Assembly: GCF_009914755.1 (NCBI RefSeq) | Contig: NC_060939.1 | Origin: the human T2T-CHM13v2.0 reference genome, Homo sapiens | DNA: 64,000 bases | Reading direction: 5' to 3' (one strand) | Part shown: positions 13,301-29,500 of the stretch, in pieces | Layout of the letters: every line of letters begins with the position of its first letter | Numbering within the stretch: the stretch's first letter is position 1 | Notes under the pieces: model-generated | The model's database searches: none | Seen by the model: only the letters and a program-made list of their open reading frames with translations | What the model was told of the DNA's origin: nothing | Made by a program: the position numbers and the translations under genes

Positions 13301-16300
13301 TTCCATTCCATTCGAGCACATTCCATTCGAGTCCATTCCATTCGATGCCATTCCATTTGATTCTATTCCATTAGTCTCCATTCAATTCCATTAATCTCCA
13401 TTCCATTCCATTCTACTCCAACTGATTCCATTCCATTCTATTCCTTTCCATTCCATTTCATTCCATTCCATTCCATTTCATTCCATTCCATTCCATTCGC
13501 TTCCATTCCATTCGTGTCCATTCCACTCCAGTCCATTCCATTCGTGTCCATTCCATTCCAGTCCATTCCATTTGTGTCCACTGCATTCCATTCCACTCCA
13601 TTCCATATTATTCCATTACACTCCATTCCATTCTATTACTTTCATTTCCATTCAATTCCATTCCATTTGATTCCATTCCACTCGGTTTCATTCCATTTGA
13701 GTCCACTCCATTCCATTCCATTCCATTCCATTCCATTCAGTTCCATTCCATTCTGTTCCATTCCATTCCGTTCCATTGCATTCCATTCCATTCGGTACCA
13801 TTCCATATTGTTCCATTCGATTCCATTCGAATCCATTCCATTCCAGTCCATTCCATTCGATTCCATTCCATTCCTTTCAATTCCATTCCATTCCATTCCA
13901 TTCCACTTGATTCCACTCCATTCCCTTCCACTGCATTCCATTCGATTCCATTCCATTGCATTGCATTCCATTCCATTGGACTGCATTCCATTCGATTCCA
14001 TTCCATTCGAATCAATTACATAGCAATCCATTACATTCGAGTCTATTCTATTCCGTTCCATTCGATTTCGTTCCAATCCATTCGATTCCATTCCATTCGA
14101 TTCCATTCCATACTATTGCATTCCATTCGATTACATTATATTCGAATAAGTTCCATTCAAGACCATTTCTTTTGAGTCCATTCTATTTGAGTCCATTCCC
14201 TTTGATTCCATAACATTTGAGTCCATTCAATTCCATTCCTTTCGTTTCCATTCCATTTGATGCCATTCCATTCAATTCTGTTCTACTCGACTCCAATACA
14301 TTCAATTCCATTCCATCCGATTCCATTACATTCTTTTCATTTCTTATCCATTTCAAGCCATTCCACTCCATTCCATTCCACTCGTTTCCTTTCCATTCGA
14401 GTCCATTCCTCTCCAGTCCATTCCGTTCAATCCATTCCATTCCAGTCCATTCCATTCGAGTCCGTTCCATTCCAGTCCATTCCATTCGAGTCAATTCCAT
14501 CCCATTCGATGTCTTTCCATAACGATCCATTCCATTCTATTCCTTTCGATTCCATTCCATTCTATTTCATTCCATTCGATTCCCTTCCATTGGACTCCTT
14601 TCCATTAGAGTGCATTCCATTCCGTTCCATTTCTTTCCGTTCTGTACGATTCCTACCGTTCGATTTCATTTTGTTCCAGTCCATTCCTTTCGCGTCCATT
14701 CCATTCCATTTCACTCCATTCGATTCCATTCCACTCGATTCCACTTCGTTCCATTTCATTGCATTCCATTCTATTCAACTCTATTGTCTTCCATTCCATT
14801 CCATTCGATTACATTCCATGCGATTCCATTCGAAATCGAATCAATTACATTACAATCCATTACTATTGAGTCCGTTTTATTCCAGTCCACTGCATTCTGG
14901 TCCATTCCATTTGATTCCATTCCATTTTATTCCATTCCATACAGTTGCATTCCATTGGATTCCATGCTATATCTATAAATTCAATTCGAGACCATTGCTT
15001 TTGATTCCATTCTATATGTTTCCATTCCATTCAAGTCCATTACATTTGGTTCAATTCCATTCCATTCCATTCCCTTCCATTCCATTCCAGTTGATATCAA
15101 TCCATTCGATTCCATTCCATTCGAGCACATTCCATTCGAGTCCATTCCATTCGATGCCATTCCATTTGATTCTATTCCATTAGTCTCCATTCAATTCCAT
15201 TAATCTCCATTCCATTCCATTCTACTCCAACTGATTCCATTCCATTCTATTCCTTTCCATTCCATTTCATTCCATTCCATTCCATTCCCTTCCATTCCAT
15301 TCGTGTCCATTCCACTCCAGTCGATTCCATTTGTGTCCACTGCATTCCATTCCACTCCATTCCATATTATTCCATTACACTCCATTCCATTCTATTACTT
15401 TCATTTCCATTCAATTCCATTCCATTTGATTCCATTCCACTCGGTTTCATTCCATTTGAGTCCACTCCATTCCATTCCATTCCATTCCATTCCATTCAGT
15501 TCCATTCCATTCTGTTCCATTCCATTCCGTTCCATTGCATTCCATTCCATTCGGTACCATTCCATATTGTTCCATTCGATTCCATTCGAATCCATTCCAT
15601 TCCAGTCCATTCCATTCGATTCCATTCCATTCCTTTCAATTCCATTCCATTCCATTCCATTCCACTTGATTCCACTCCATTCCCTTCCACTGCATTCCAT
15701 TCGATTCCATTCCATTGCATTGCATTCCATTCCATTGGACTGCATTCCATTCGATTCCATTCCATTCGAATCAATTACATAGCAATCCATTACATTCGAG
15801 TCTATTCTATTCCGTTCCATTCGATTTCGTTCCAATCCATTCGATTCCATTCCATTCGATTCCATTCCATACTATTGCATTCCATTCGATTACATTATAT
15901 TCGAATAAGTTCCATTCAAGACCATTTCTTTTGAGTCCATTCTATTTGAGTCCATTCCCTTTGATTCCATAACATTTGAGTCCATTCAATTCCATTCCTT
16001 TCGTTTCCATTCCATTTGATGCCATTCCATTCAATTCTGTTCTACTCGACTCCAATACATTCAATTCCATTCCATCCGATTCCATTACATTCTTTTCATT
16101 TCTTATCCATTTCAAGCCATTCCACTCCATTCCATTCCACTCGTTTCCTTTCCATTCGAGTCCATTCCTCTCCAGTCCATTCCGTTCAATCCATTCCATT
16201 CCAGTCCATTCCATTCGAGTCCGTTCCATTCCAGTCCATTCCATTCGAGTCAATTCCATCCCATTCGATGTCTTTCCATAACGATCCATTCCATTCTATT

Positions 16301-17538
16301 CCTTTCGATTCCATTCCATTCTATTTCATTCCATTCGATTCCCTTCCATTGGACTCCTTTCCATTAGAGTGCATTCCATTCCGTTCCATTTCTTTCCGTT
16401 CTGTACGATTCCTACCGTTCGATTTCATTTTGTTCCAGTCCATTCCTTTCGCGTCCATTCCATTCCATTTCACTCCATTCGATTCCATTCCACTCGATTC
16501 CACTTTGTTCCATTTCATTGCATTCCATTCTATTCAACTCTATTGCCTTCCATTCTATTCCATTCGATTACATTCCATGCGATTCCATTCGAAATCGAAT
16601 CAATTACATTGCAATCCATTACTATTGAGTCCGTTTTATTCCAGTCCACTGCATTCTGGTCCATTCCATTTGATTCCATTCCATTCTATTCCATTCCATA
16701 CAGTTGCATTCATTTGGATTCCATGCTATATCTATAAATTCAATTCGAGACCATTGCTTTTGAGTCCATTCTATATGATTCCATTCCATTCAAGTCCACT
16801 ACATTTGGTTCAATTCCATTCCATTCCATTCCCTTCCATTCCATTCCATTTGATATCAATCCATTCGATTCCATTCCATTCGAGCACATTCCATTCGAGT
16901 CCATTCCATTCGATGCCATTCCATTTGATTCTATTCCATTAGTCTCCATTCAATTCCATTAATCTCCATTCCATTCCATTCTACTCCAACTGATTCCATT
17001 CCATTCTATTCCTTTCCATTCCATTTCATTCCATTCCATTCCATTTCATTCCATTCCATTCCATTCGCTTCCATTCCATTCGTGTCCATTCCACTCCAGT
17101 CCATTCCATTCGTGTCCATTCCATTCCAGTCCATTCCATTTGTGTCCACTGCATTCCATTCCACTCCATTCCATATTATTCCATTACACTCCATTCCATT
17201 CTATTACTTTCATTTCCATTCAATTCCATTCCATTTGATTCCATTCCACTCGGTTTCATTCCATTTGAGTCCACTCCATTCCATTCCATTCCATTCCATT
17301 CCATTCAGTTCCATTCCATTCTGTTCCATTCCATTCCGTTCCATTGCATTCCATTCCATTCGGTACCATTCCATATTTTTCCATTCGATTCCATTCGAAT
17401 CCATTCCATTCCAGTCCATTCCATTCGATTCCATTCCATTCATTTCAATTCCATTCCATTCCATTCCATTCCATTCCATTACATTCCACTTGATTCCTCT
17501 CCATTCCCTTCCACTGCATTCCGTTCGATTCCATTCCA
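10388..17538 (+). repeat. Tandem duplication of a two-unit (3568 bp) block
   Basis: Units 10388 and 13956 share the private variant ATTGTCTTCC. Units 12147 and 15715 share the private variant CCACTTTGTT. Both pairs are offset by exactly 3568 bp. Confidence 0.88.
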
Positions 17539-20500
17539 TTGCATTGCATTCCATTCCATTGGATTGCATTCCATTCGATTCCATTCCATTCGAATCAATT
17601 ACATAGCAATCCATTACATTCGAGTCTATTCTATTCCGTTCCATTCGATTTCGTTCCAATCCATTCGATTCCATTCCATTCGATTCCATTCCATACTATT
17701 GCATTCCATTCGATTACATTATATTCGAATAAGTTCCATTCAAGACCATTTCTTTTGAGTCCATTCTATTTGAGTCCATTCCCTTTGATTCCATAACATT
17801 TGAGTCCATTCAATTCCATTCCTTTCGTTTCCATTCCATTTGATGCCATTCCATTCAATTCTGTTCTACTCGACTCCAATACATTCAATTCCATTCCATC
17901 CGATTCCATTACATTCTTTTCATTTCTTATCCATTTCAAGCCATTCCACTCCATTCCATTCCACTCGTTTCCTTTCCATTCGAGTCCATTCCTCTCCAGT
18001 CCATTCCGTTCAATCCATTCCATTCCAGTCCATTCCATTCGAGTCCGTTCAATTCCAGTCCAATCCATTCGAGTCAATTCCATCCCATTCGATGTCTTTC
18101 CATAACGATCCATTCCATTCTATTCCTTTCGATTCCATTCCATTCTATTTCATTCCATTCGATTCCCTTCCATTGGACTCCTTTCCATTCGAGTGCATTC
18201 CATTCCGTTCCATTTCTTTCCGTTCTGTACGATTCCTACCGTTCGATTTCATTTTGTTCCAGTCCATTCCTTTCGCGTCCATTCCATTCCATTTCACTCC
18301 ATTCGATTCCATTCCACTCGATTCCACTTCGTTCCATTTCATTGCATTCCATTCTATTCAACTCTATTGCCTTCCATTCCATTCCATTCGATTACATTCC
18401 ATGCGATTCCATTCGAAATCGAATCAATTACATTGCAATCCATTACTATTGAGTCCATTTTATTCCAGTCCACTGCATTCTGGTCCATTCCATATGATTC
18501 CATTCCATTCTATTCCATTCCATACAGTTGCATTCCATTGGATTCCATTCTATATCTATAAATTCAATTGGAGACCATTGCTTTTGAGTCCATTCTATAT
18601 GATTCCATTCCATTCAAGTCCATTACATTTGGTTCAATTCCATTCCATTCCATTCCCTTCCATTCCATTCCAGTTGATATCAATCCATTCGATTCCATTC
18701 CATTCGAGCACATTCCATTCGAGTCCATTCCATTCGATGCCATTCCATTTGATTCTATTCCATTAGTCTCCATTCAATTCCATTAATCTCCATTCCATTC
18801 CATTCTACTCCAACTGATTCCATTCCATTCTATTCCTTTCCATTCCATTTCATTCCATTCCATTCCATTTCATTTCATTCCATTCCATTCGCTTCCATTC
18901 CATTCGTGTCCATTCCACTCCAGTCCATTCCATTTGTGTCCACTGCATTCCATTCCACTCCATTCCATATTATTCCATTACACTCCATTCCATTCTATTA
19001 CTTTCATTTCCATTCAATTCCATTCCATTTGATTCCATTCCACTCGGTTTCATTCCATTTGAGTCCACTCCATTCCATTCCATTCCATTCCATTCAGTTC
19101 CATTCCATTCCGTTCCATTGCATTCCATTCCATTCGGTACCATTCCATATTGTTCCATTCGATTCCATTCGAATCCATTCCATTCCAGTCCATTCCATTC
19201 GATTCCATTCCATTCCTTTCAATTCCATTACATTCCATTCCATTCCACTTGATTCCACTCCATTCCCTTCCACTGCATTCCATTCGATTCCATTCCATTG
19301 CATTGCATTCCATTTCATTGGACTGCATTCCATTCGATTCGATTCCATTCGAATCAATTACATAGCAATCCATTACATTCGAGTCTATTCTATTCCGTTC
19401 CATTCGATTTCGTTCCAATCCATTCGATTCCATTCCATTCGATTCCATTCCATACTATTGCATTCCATTCTATTACATTATATTCGAATAATTTCCATTC
19501 AAGACCATTTCTTTTGAGTCCATTCTATTTGAGTCCATTCCCTTTGATTCCATAACATTTGAGTCCATTCAATTCCATTCCTTTCGTTTGCATTCCATTT
19601 GATGCCATTCCATTCAATTCTGTTCTACTCGACTCCAATACATTCAATTCCATTCCATCCGATTCCATTACATTCTTTTCATTTCTTATCCATTTCAAGC
19701 CATTCCACTCCATTCCATTCCACTCGTTTCCTTTCCTTTCGAGTCCATTCCTCTCCAGTCCATTCCGTTCAATCCATTCCATTCCAGTCCATTCCATTCG
19801 AGTCCGTTCCATTCCAGTCCATTCCATTCGAGTCAATTCCATTCAATTCGATGTCTTTCCATAACGATCCATTCCATTCTATTCCTTTCGATTCCATTCC
19901 ATTCTATTTCATTCCATTCGATTCCCTTCCATTGGACTCCTTTCCATTCGAGTGCATTCCATTCCGTTCCATTTCTTTCCGTTCTGTACGATTCCTACCG
20001 TTCGATTTCATTTTGTTCCAGTCCATTCCTTTCGCGTCCATTCCATTCCATTTCACTCCATTCGATTCCATTCCACTCGATTCCACTTCGTTCCATTTCA
20101 TTGCATTCCATTCTATTCAACTCTATTGCCTTCCATTCCATTCCATTCGATTACATTCCATGCGATTCCATTCGAAATCGAATCAATTACATTGCAATCC
20201 ATTACTATTGAGTCCGTTTTATTCCAGTCCACTGCATTCTGGTCCATTCCATTTGATTCCATTCCATTTTATTCCATTCCATACAGTTGCATTCCATTGG
20301 ATTCCATGCTGTATCTATAAATTCAATTCGAGACCATTGCTTTTGAGTCCATTCTATATGTTTCCATTCCATTCAAGTCCATTACATTTGTTTCAATTCC
20401 ATTCCATTCCATTCCCTTCCATTCCATTCCAGTTGATATCAATCCATTCGATTCCATTCCATTCGAGCACATTCCATTCGAGTCCATTCCATTCGATGCC

Positions 20501-23500
20501 ATTCCATTTGATTCTATTCCATTAGTCTCCATTCAATTCCATTAATCTCCATTCCATTCCATTCTACTCCAACTGATTCCATTCCATTCTATTCCTTTCC
20601 ATTCCATTTCATTCCATTCCATTCCATTTCATTCCATTCCATTCCATTCGCTTCCATTCCATTCGTGTCCATTCCACTCCAGTCCATTCCATTTGTGTCC
20701 ACTGCATTCCATTCCACTCCATTCCATATTATTCCATTACACTCCATTCCATTCTATTACTTTCATTTCCATTCAATTCCATTCCATTTGATTCCATTCC
20801 ACTCGGTTTCATTCCATTTGAGTCCACTCCATTCCATTCCATTCCATTCCATTCACTTCCATTCTATTCTGTTCCATTCCATTCCGTTCCATTGCATTCC
20901 ATTCCATTCGGTACCATTCCATATTGTTCCATTCGATTCCATTCGAATCCATTCCATTCCACTCCATTCCATTCGATTCCATTCCATTCCTTTCCATTCC
21001 ATTCCATTCCATTCCGTTCCATTCCACTTGATTCCACTCCATTCCCTTCCACTGCATTCCATTCGATTCCATTCCATTGCATTGCATTCCATTCCATTGG
21101 ACTGCATTCCATTCGATTCCATTCCATTCGAATCAATTACATAGCAATCCATTACATTCGAGTCTATTCTATTCCGTTCCATTCGATTTCATTCCAATCC
21201 ATTCGATTCCATTCCATTCGATTCCATTCCATACTATTGCATTCCATTCGATTACATTATATTCGAATAAGTTCCATTCAAGACCATTTCTTTTGAGTCC
21301 ATTCTATTTGAGTCCATTCCCTTTGATTCCATAACATTTGAGTCCATTCAATTCCATTCCTTTCGTTTCCATTCCATTTGATGCCATTCCATTCAATTCT
21401 GTTCTACTCGACTCCAATACATTCAATTCCATTCCATCCGATTCCATTACATTCTTTTCATTTCTTATCCATTTCAAGCCATTCCACTCCATTCCATTCC
21501 ACTCGTTTCCTTTCCATTCGAGTCCATTCCTCTCCAGTCCATTCCGTTCAATCCATTCCATTCCAGTCCATTCCATTCGAGTCCGTTCCATTCCAGTCCA
21601 TTCCATTCGAGTCAATTCCATCCCATTCGATGTCTTTCCATAACGATCCATTCCATTCTATTCCTTTCGATTCCATTCCATTCTATTTCATTCCATTCGA
21701 TTCCCTTCCATTGGACTCCTTTCCATTCGAGTGCATTCCATTCCTTTCCATTTCTTTCCGTTCTGTACGATTCCTACCGTTCGATTTCATTTTGTTCCAG
21801 TCCATTCCTTTCGCGTCCATTCCATTCCATTTCACACCATTCGATTCCATTCCACTCGATTCCACTTCGTTCCATTTCATTGCATTCCATTCTATTCAAC
21901 TCTATTGCCTTCCATTCCATTCCATTCGATTACATTCCATGCGATTCCATTCGAAATCGAATCAATTACATTGCTATCCATTACTATTGAGTCCATTTTA
22001 TTCCAGTCCACTGCATTCTGGTCCATTCCATTTGATTCCATTCCATTCTATTCCATTCCATACAGTTGCATTCCATTGGATTCCATTCTATATCTATAAA
22101 TTCAATTCGAGACCATTGCTTTTGAGTCCATTCTATATGATTCCATTCCATTCAAGTCCATTACATTTGGTTCAATTCCATTCCATTCCATTCCCTTCCA
22201 TTCCATTCCAGTTGATATCAATCCATTCGATTCCATTCCATTCGAGCACATTCCATTCGAGTCCATTCCATTCGATGCCATTCCATTTGATTCTATTCCA
22301 CTAGTCTCCATTCAATTCCATTAATCTCCATTCCATTCCATTCTACTCCAACTGATTCCATTCCATTATATTCCTTTCCATTCCATTTCATTCGATTCCA
22401 TTCCATTTCATTCCATTCCATTCCATTCGCTTCCATTCCATTCGTGTCCATTCCACTCCAGTCCATTCCATTCGTGTCCATTCCATTCCAGTCCATTCCA
22501 TTTCTGTCCACTGCATTCCATTCCACTCCATTCCATATTATTCCATTACACTCCATTCCATTCTATTACTTTCATTTCCATTCAATTCCATTCCATTTGA
22601 TTCCATTCCACTCGGTTTCATTCCATTTGAGTCCACTCCATTCCATTCCATTCCATTCCATTCAGTTCCATTCCATTCTGTTCCATTCCATTCCGTTCCA
22701 TTGCATTCCATTCCATTCGGTACCATTCCATATTGTTCCATTCGATTCCATTCGAATCCATTCCATTCCAGTCCATTCCATTCGATTCCATTCCATTCCT
22801 TTCAATTCCATTCCATTCCATTCCATTCCACTTGATTCCACTCCATTCCCTTCCACTGCATTCCATTCGATTCCATTCCATTGCATTGCATTCCATTCCA
22901 TTGGACTGCATTCCATTCGATTCCATTCCATTCGAATCAATTACATAGCAATCCATTACATTCGAGTCTATTCTATTCCGTTCCATTCGATTTCGTTCCA
23001 ATCCATTCGATTCCATTCCATTCGATTCCATTCCATACTATTGCATTCCATTCGATTACATTATATTCGAATAAGTTCCATTCAAGACCATTTCTTTTGA
23101 GTCCATTCTATTTGAGTCCATTCCCTTTGATTCCATATCATTTGAGTCCATTCAATTCCATTCCTTTCGTTTGCATTCCATTTGATGCCATTCCATTCAA
23201 TTCTGTTCTACTCGACTCCAATACATTCAATTCCATTCCATCCGATTCCATTACATTCTTTTCATTTCTTATCCATTTCAAGCCATTCCACTCCATTCCA
23301 TTCCACTCGTTTCCTTTCCTTTCGAGTCCATTCCTCTCCAGTCCATTCCGTTCAATCCATTCCATTCCAGTCCATTCCATTCGAGTCCGTTCCATTCCAG
23401 TCCATTCCATTCGAGTCAATTCCATTCCATTCGATGTCTTTCCATAATGATCCATTCCATTCTATTCCTTTCGATTCCATTCCATTCTATTTCATTCCAT

Positions 23501-26500
23501 TCGATTCCCTTCCATTGGACTCCTTTCCATTCGAGTGCATTCCTTTCCGTTCCATTTCTTTCCGTTCTGTACGATTCCTACCGTTCGATTTCATTTTGTT
23601 CCAGTCCATTCTTTCGCGTCCATTCCATTCCATTTCACTCCATTCGATTCCATTCCACTCGATTCCACTTCGTTCCATTTCATTGCATTCCATTCTATTC
23701 AACTCTATTGCCTTCCATTCCATTCCATTCGATTACATTCCATGCGATTCCATTCGAAATCGAATCAATTACATTGCAATCCATTACTATTGAGTCCGTT
23801 TTATTCCAGTCCACTGCATTCTGGTCCATTCCATTTGATTCCATTCCATTCTATTCCATTCCATACAGTTGCATTCCATTGGATTCCATGCTATATCTAT
23901 AAATTCAATTCGAGACCATTGCTTTTGAGTCCATTCTATATGATTCCATTCCATTCAAGTCCATTACATTTGGTTCAATTCCATTCCATTCCATTCCCTT
24001 CCATTCCATTCCAGTTGATATCAATCCATTCGATTCCATTCCATTCGAGCACATTCCATTCGAGTCCATTCCATTCGATGCCATTCCATTTGATTCTATT
24101 CCATTAGTCTCCATTCAATTCCATTAATCTCCATTCCATTCCATTCTACTCCAACTGATTCCATTCCATTCTATTCCTTTCCATTCCATTTCATTCCATT
24201 CCATTCCATTTCATTCCATTCCATTCCATTCGTGTCCATTCCACTCCAGTCCATTCCATTCGTGTCCATTCCATTCCAGTCCATTCCATTTGTGTCCACT
24301 GCATTCCATTCCACTCCATTCCATATTATTCCATTATACTCCATTCCATTCTATTACTTTCATTTCCATTCAATTCCATTCCATTTGATTCCATTCCACT
24401 CGGTTTCATTCCATTTGAGTCCACTCCATTCCATTCCATTCCATTCCATTCCATTCAGTTCCATTCCATTCTGTTCCATTCCATTCCGTTCCATTACATT
24501 CCATTCCATTCGGTACCATTCCATATTGTTCCATTCGATTCCATTCGAATCCATTCCATTCCAGTCCATTCCATTCGATTCCATTCCATTCATTTCAATT
24601 CCATTCCATTCCATTCCATTACATTCCACTTGATTCCTCTCCATTCCCTTCCACTGCATTCCGTTCGATTCCATTCCATTGCATTGCATTCCATTCCATT
24701 GGATTGCATTCCATTCGATTCCATTCCATTCGAATCAATTACATAGCAATCCATTACATTCGAGTCTATTCTATTCCGTTCCATTCGATTTCGTTCCAAT
24801 CCATTCGATTCCATTCCATTCGATTCCATTCCATACTATTGCATTCCATTCTATTACATTATATTCGAATAAGTTCCATTCAAGACCATTTCTTTTGAGT
24901 CCATTCTATTTGAGTCCATTCCCTTTGATTCCATAACATTTGAGTCCATTCAATTCCATTCCTTTCGTTCCCATTCCATTTGATGCCATTCCATTCAATT
25001 CTGTTCTACTCGACTCCAATACATTCAATTCCATTCCATCCGATTCCATTACATTCTTTTCATTTCTTATCCATTTCAAGCCATTCCACTCCATTCCATT
25101 CCACTCGTTTCCTTTCCATTCGAGTCCATTCCTCTCCAGTCCATTCCGTTCAATCCATTCCATTCCAGTCCATTCCATTCGAGTCCGTTCCATTCCAGTC
25201 CACTCCATTCGAGTCAATTCCATCCCATTCGATGTCTTTCCATAACGATCCATTCCATTCTATTCATTTCGATTCCATTCCATTCTATTTCATTCCATTC
25301 GATTCCCTTCCATTGGACTCCTTTCCATTCGAGTGCATTCCATTCCGTTCCATTTCTTACCGTTCTGTACGATTCCTACCGTTCGATTTCATTTTGTTCC
25401 AGTCCATTCCTTTCGCGTCCATTCCATTCCATTTCACTCCATTCGATTCCATTCCACTCGATTCCACTTCGTTCCATTTCATTGCATTCCATTCTATTCA
25501 ACTCTATTGCCTTCCATTCCATTCCATTCGATTACATTCCATGCGATTCCATTCGAAATCGAATCAATTACATTGCAATCCATTACTATTGAGTCCATTT
25601 TATTCCAGTCCACTGCATTCTGGTCCATTCCATTTGATTCCATTCCATTCTATTCCATTCCATACAGTTGCATTCCATTGGATTCCATTCTATATCTATA
25701 AATTCAATTCGAGACCATTGCTTTTGAATCCATTCTATATGATTCCATTCCATTCAAGTCCATTACATTTGGTTCAATTCCATTCCATTCCATTCCCTTC
25801 CATTCCATTCCATTTGATATCAATCCATTCGATTCCATTCCATTCGAGCACATTCCATTTGAGTCCATTCCATTCGATGCCATTCCATTTGATTCTATTC
25901 CATTAGTCTCCATTCAATTCCATTAATCTCCATTCCATTCCATTCTACTCCAACTGATTCCATTCCATTCTATTCCTTTCCATTCCATTTCATTCCATTC
26001 CATTCCATTTCATTCCTTTCCATTCCATTCGCTTCCATTCCATTCGTGTGCATTCCACTCCAGTCCATTCCATTCGTGTCCATTCCATTCCAGTCCATTC
26101 CATTTGTGTCCACTGCATTCCATTCCACTCCATTCCATATTATTCCATTACACTCCATTCCATTCTATTACTTTCATTTCCATTCAATTCCATTCCATTT
26201 GATTCCATTCCACTCGGTTTCATTCCATTTGAGTCCACTCCATTCCATTCCATTCCATTCCATTCAGTTCCATTCCATTCCGTTCCATTCCATTCCGTTC
26301 CATTGCATTCCATTCCATTCGGTACCATTCCATATTGTTCCATTCGATTCCATTCGAATCCATTCCATTCCAGTCCATTCCATTCGATTCCATTCCATTC
26401 CTTTCAATTCCATTCCATTCCATTCCATTCCACTTGATTCCACTCCATTCCCTTCCACTGCATTCCATTCGATTCCATTCCATTGCATTGCATTCCATTC

Positions 26501-29500
26501 CATTGGACTGCATTCCATTGGATTCCATTCCATTCGAATCAATTACATAGCAATCCATTACATTCGAGTCTATTCTATTCCGTTCCATTCGATTTCGTTC
26601 CAATCCATTCGATTCCATTCCATTCGATTCCATTCCATACTATTGCATTCCATTCTATTACATTATATACGAATAAGTGCCATTCAAGACCATTTCTTTT
26701 GAGTCCATTCTATTTGAGTCCATTCCCTTTGATTCCATAACATTTGAGTCCATTCAATTCCATTCCTTTCGTTTGCATTCCATTTGATGCCATTCCATTC
26801 AATTCTGTTCTACTCGACTCCAATACATTCAATTCCATTCCATCCGATTCCATTACATTCTTTTCATTTCTTATCCATTTCAAGCCATTCCACTCCATTC
26901 CATTCCACTCGTTTCCTTTCCATTCGAGTCCATTCCTCTCCAGTCCATTCCGTTCAATCCATTCCATTCCAGTCCATTCCATTCGAGTCCGTTCCATTCC
27001 AGTCCATTCCATTCGAGTCAATTCCATTCCATTCGATGTCTTTCCATAACGATCCATTCCATTCTATTCCTTTCGATTCCATTCCATTCTATTTCATTCC
27101 ATTCGATTCCCTTCCATTGGACTCCTTTCCATTCGAGTGCATTCCATTCCGTTCCATTTCTTTCCGTTCGGTACGATTCCTACCGTTCGATTTCATTTTG
27201 TTCCAGTCCATTCCTTTTGCGTCCATTCCATTCCATTTCACTCCATTCGATTCCATTCTACTCGATTCCACTTCGTTCCATTTCATTGCATTCCATTCTA
27301 TTCAACTCTATTGCCTTCCATTCCATTCCATTCGATTACATTCCATGCGATTCCGTTCGAAATCGAATCAATTACATTGCAATCCATTACTATTGAGTCC
27401 GTTTTATTCCAGTCCACTGCATTCTGGTCCATTCCATTTGATTCCATTCCATTCTATTCCATTCCATACAGTTGCATTCCATTGGATTCCATTCTATATC
27501 TATAAATTCAAATCGAGAACATTGCTTTTGAATCCATTCTATATGATTCCATTCCATTCAAGTCCATTACATTTGGTTCAATTTCATTCCATTCCATTCC
27601 CTTCCATTCCATTCCAGTTGATATCAATCCATTCGATTCCATTCCATTCGAGCACATTCCATTTGAGTCCATTCCATTCGATGCCATTCCATTTGATTAT
27701 ATTCCATTAGTCTCCATTCAATTCCATTAATCTCCATTCCATTCCATTCTACTCCAACTGATTCCATTCCATTCTATTCCTTTCCATTCCATTTCATTCC
27801 ATTCCATTCCATTTCATTCCATTCCATTCCATTTCATTCCATTCCATTCCATTCGCTTCCATTCCATTCGTGTCCATTCCACTCCAGTCCATTCCATTCG
27901 TGTCCATTCCATTCCAGTCCATTCCATTTGTGTCCACTGCATTCCATTCCACTCCATTCCATATTATTCCATTACACTCCATTCCATTCTATTACTTTCA
28001 TTTCCATTCAATTCCATTCCATTTGATTCCATTCCACTCGGTTTCATTCCATTTGAGTCCACTCCATTCCATTCCATTCCATTCCATTCAGTTCCATTCC
28101 ATTCTGTTCCATTCCATTCCGTTCCATTGCATTCCATTCCATTCGGTACCATTCCATATTGTTCCATTCGATTCCATTCGAATCCATTCCATTCCAGTCC
28201 ATTCCATTCGATTCCATTCCATTCCTTTCAATTCCATTCCATTCCATTCCATTCCACTTGATTCCACTCCATTCCCTTCCACTGCATTCCATTCGATTCC
28301 ATTCCATTGCATTGCATTCCATTCCATTGGACTGCATTCCATTCGATTCCATTCCATTCGAATCAATTACATAGCAATCCATTACATTCGAGTCTATTCT
28401 ATTCCGTTCCATTCGATTTCGTTCCAATCCATTCGATTCCATTCCATTCGATTCCATTCCATACTATTGCATTCCATTCGATTACATTATATTCGAATAA
28501 GTTCCATTCAAGACCATTTCTTTTGAGTCCATTCTATTTGAGTCCATTCCCTTTGATTCCATAACATTTGAGTCCATTCAATTCCATTCCTTTCGTTTCC
28601 ATTCCATTTGATGCCATTCCATTCAATTCTGTTCTACTCGACTCCAATACATTCAATTCCATTCCATCCGATTCCATTACATTCTTTTCATTTCTTATCC
28701 ATTTCAAGCCATTCCACTCCATTCCTTTCCACTCGTTTCCTTTCCATTCGAGTCCATTCCTCTCCAGTCCATTCCGTTCAATCCATTCCATTCCAGTCCA
28801 TTCCATTCGAGTCCGTTCCATTCCAGTCCATTCCATTCGAGTCAATTCCATTCCATTCGATGTCTTTCCATAACGATCCATTCCATTCTATTCCTTTCGA
28901 TTCCATTCCATTCTATTTCATTCCATTCGATTCCCTTCCATTGGACTCCTTTCCATTCGAGTGCATTCCATTCCGTTCCATTTCTTTCCGTTCTGTACGA
29001 TTCCTACCGTTCGATTTCATTTTGTTCCAGTCCATTCCTTTCGCGTCCATTCCATTCCATTTCACTCCATTCGATTCCATTCCACTCGATTCCACTTCGT
29101 TCCATTTCATTGCATTCCATTCTATTCAACTCTATTGCCTTCCATTCCATTCCATTCGATTACATTCCATGCGATTCCATTCGAAATCGAATCAATTACA
29201 TTGCAATCCATTACTATTGAGTCCGTTTTATTCCAGTCCACTGCATTCTGGTCCATTCCATTTGATTCCATTCCATTCTATTCCATTCCATACAGTTGCA
29301 TTCCATTGGATTCCATTCTATATCTATAAATTCAATTCGAGACCATTGCTTTTGAGTCCATTCTATATGATTCCATTCCATTCAAGTCCATTACATTTGG
29401 TTCAATTCCATTCCATTCCATTCCCTTCCATTCCATTCCAGTTGATATCAATCCATTCGATTCCATGCCATTCGAGCACATTCCATTCGAGTCCATTCCA

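Noticed and set aside
10388-13955. 3568-bp dimer close in size to the ~3.6 kb DYZ1 unit of Yq12
   Set aside because: The two halves here are nearly identical 1.8 kb units and the basic period across the window is ~1.8 kb, so the size match is not evidence of DYZ1 identity.
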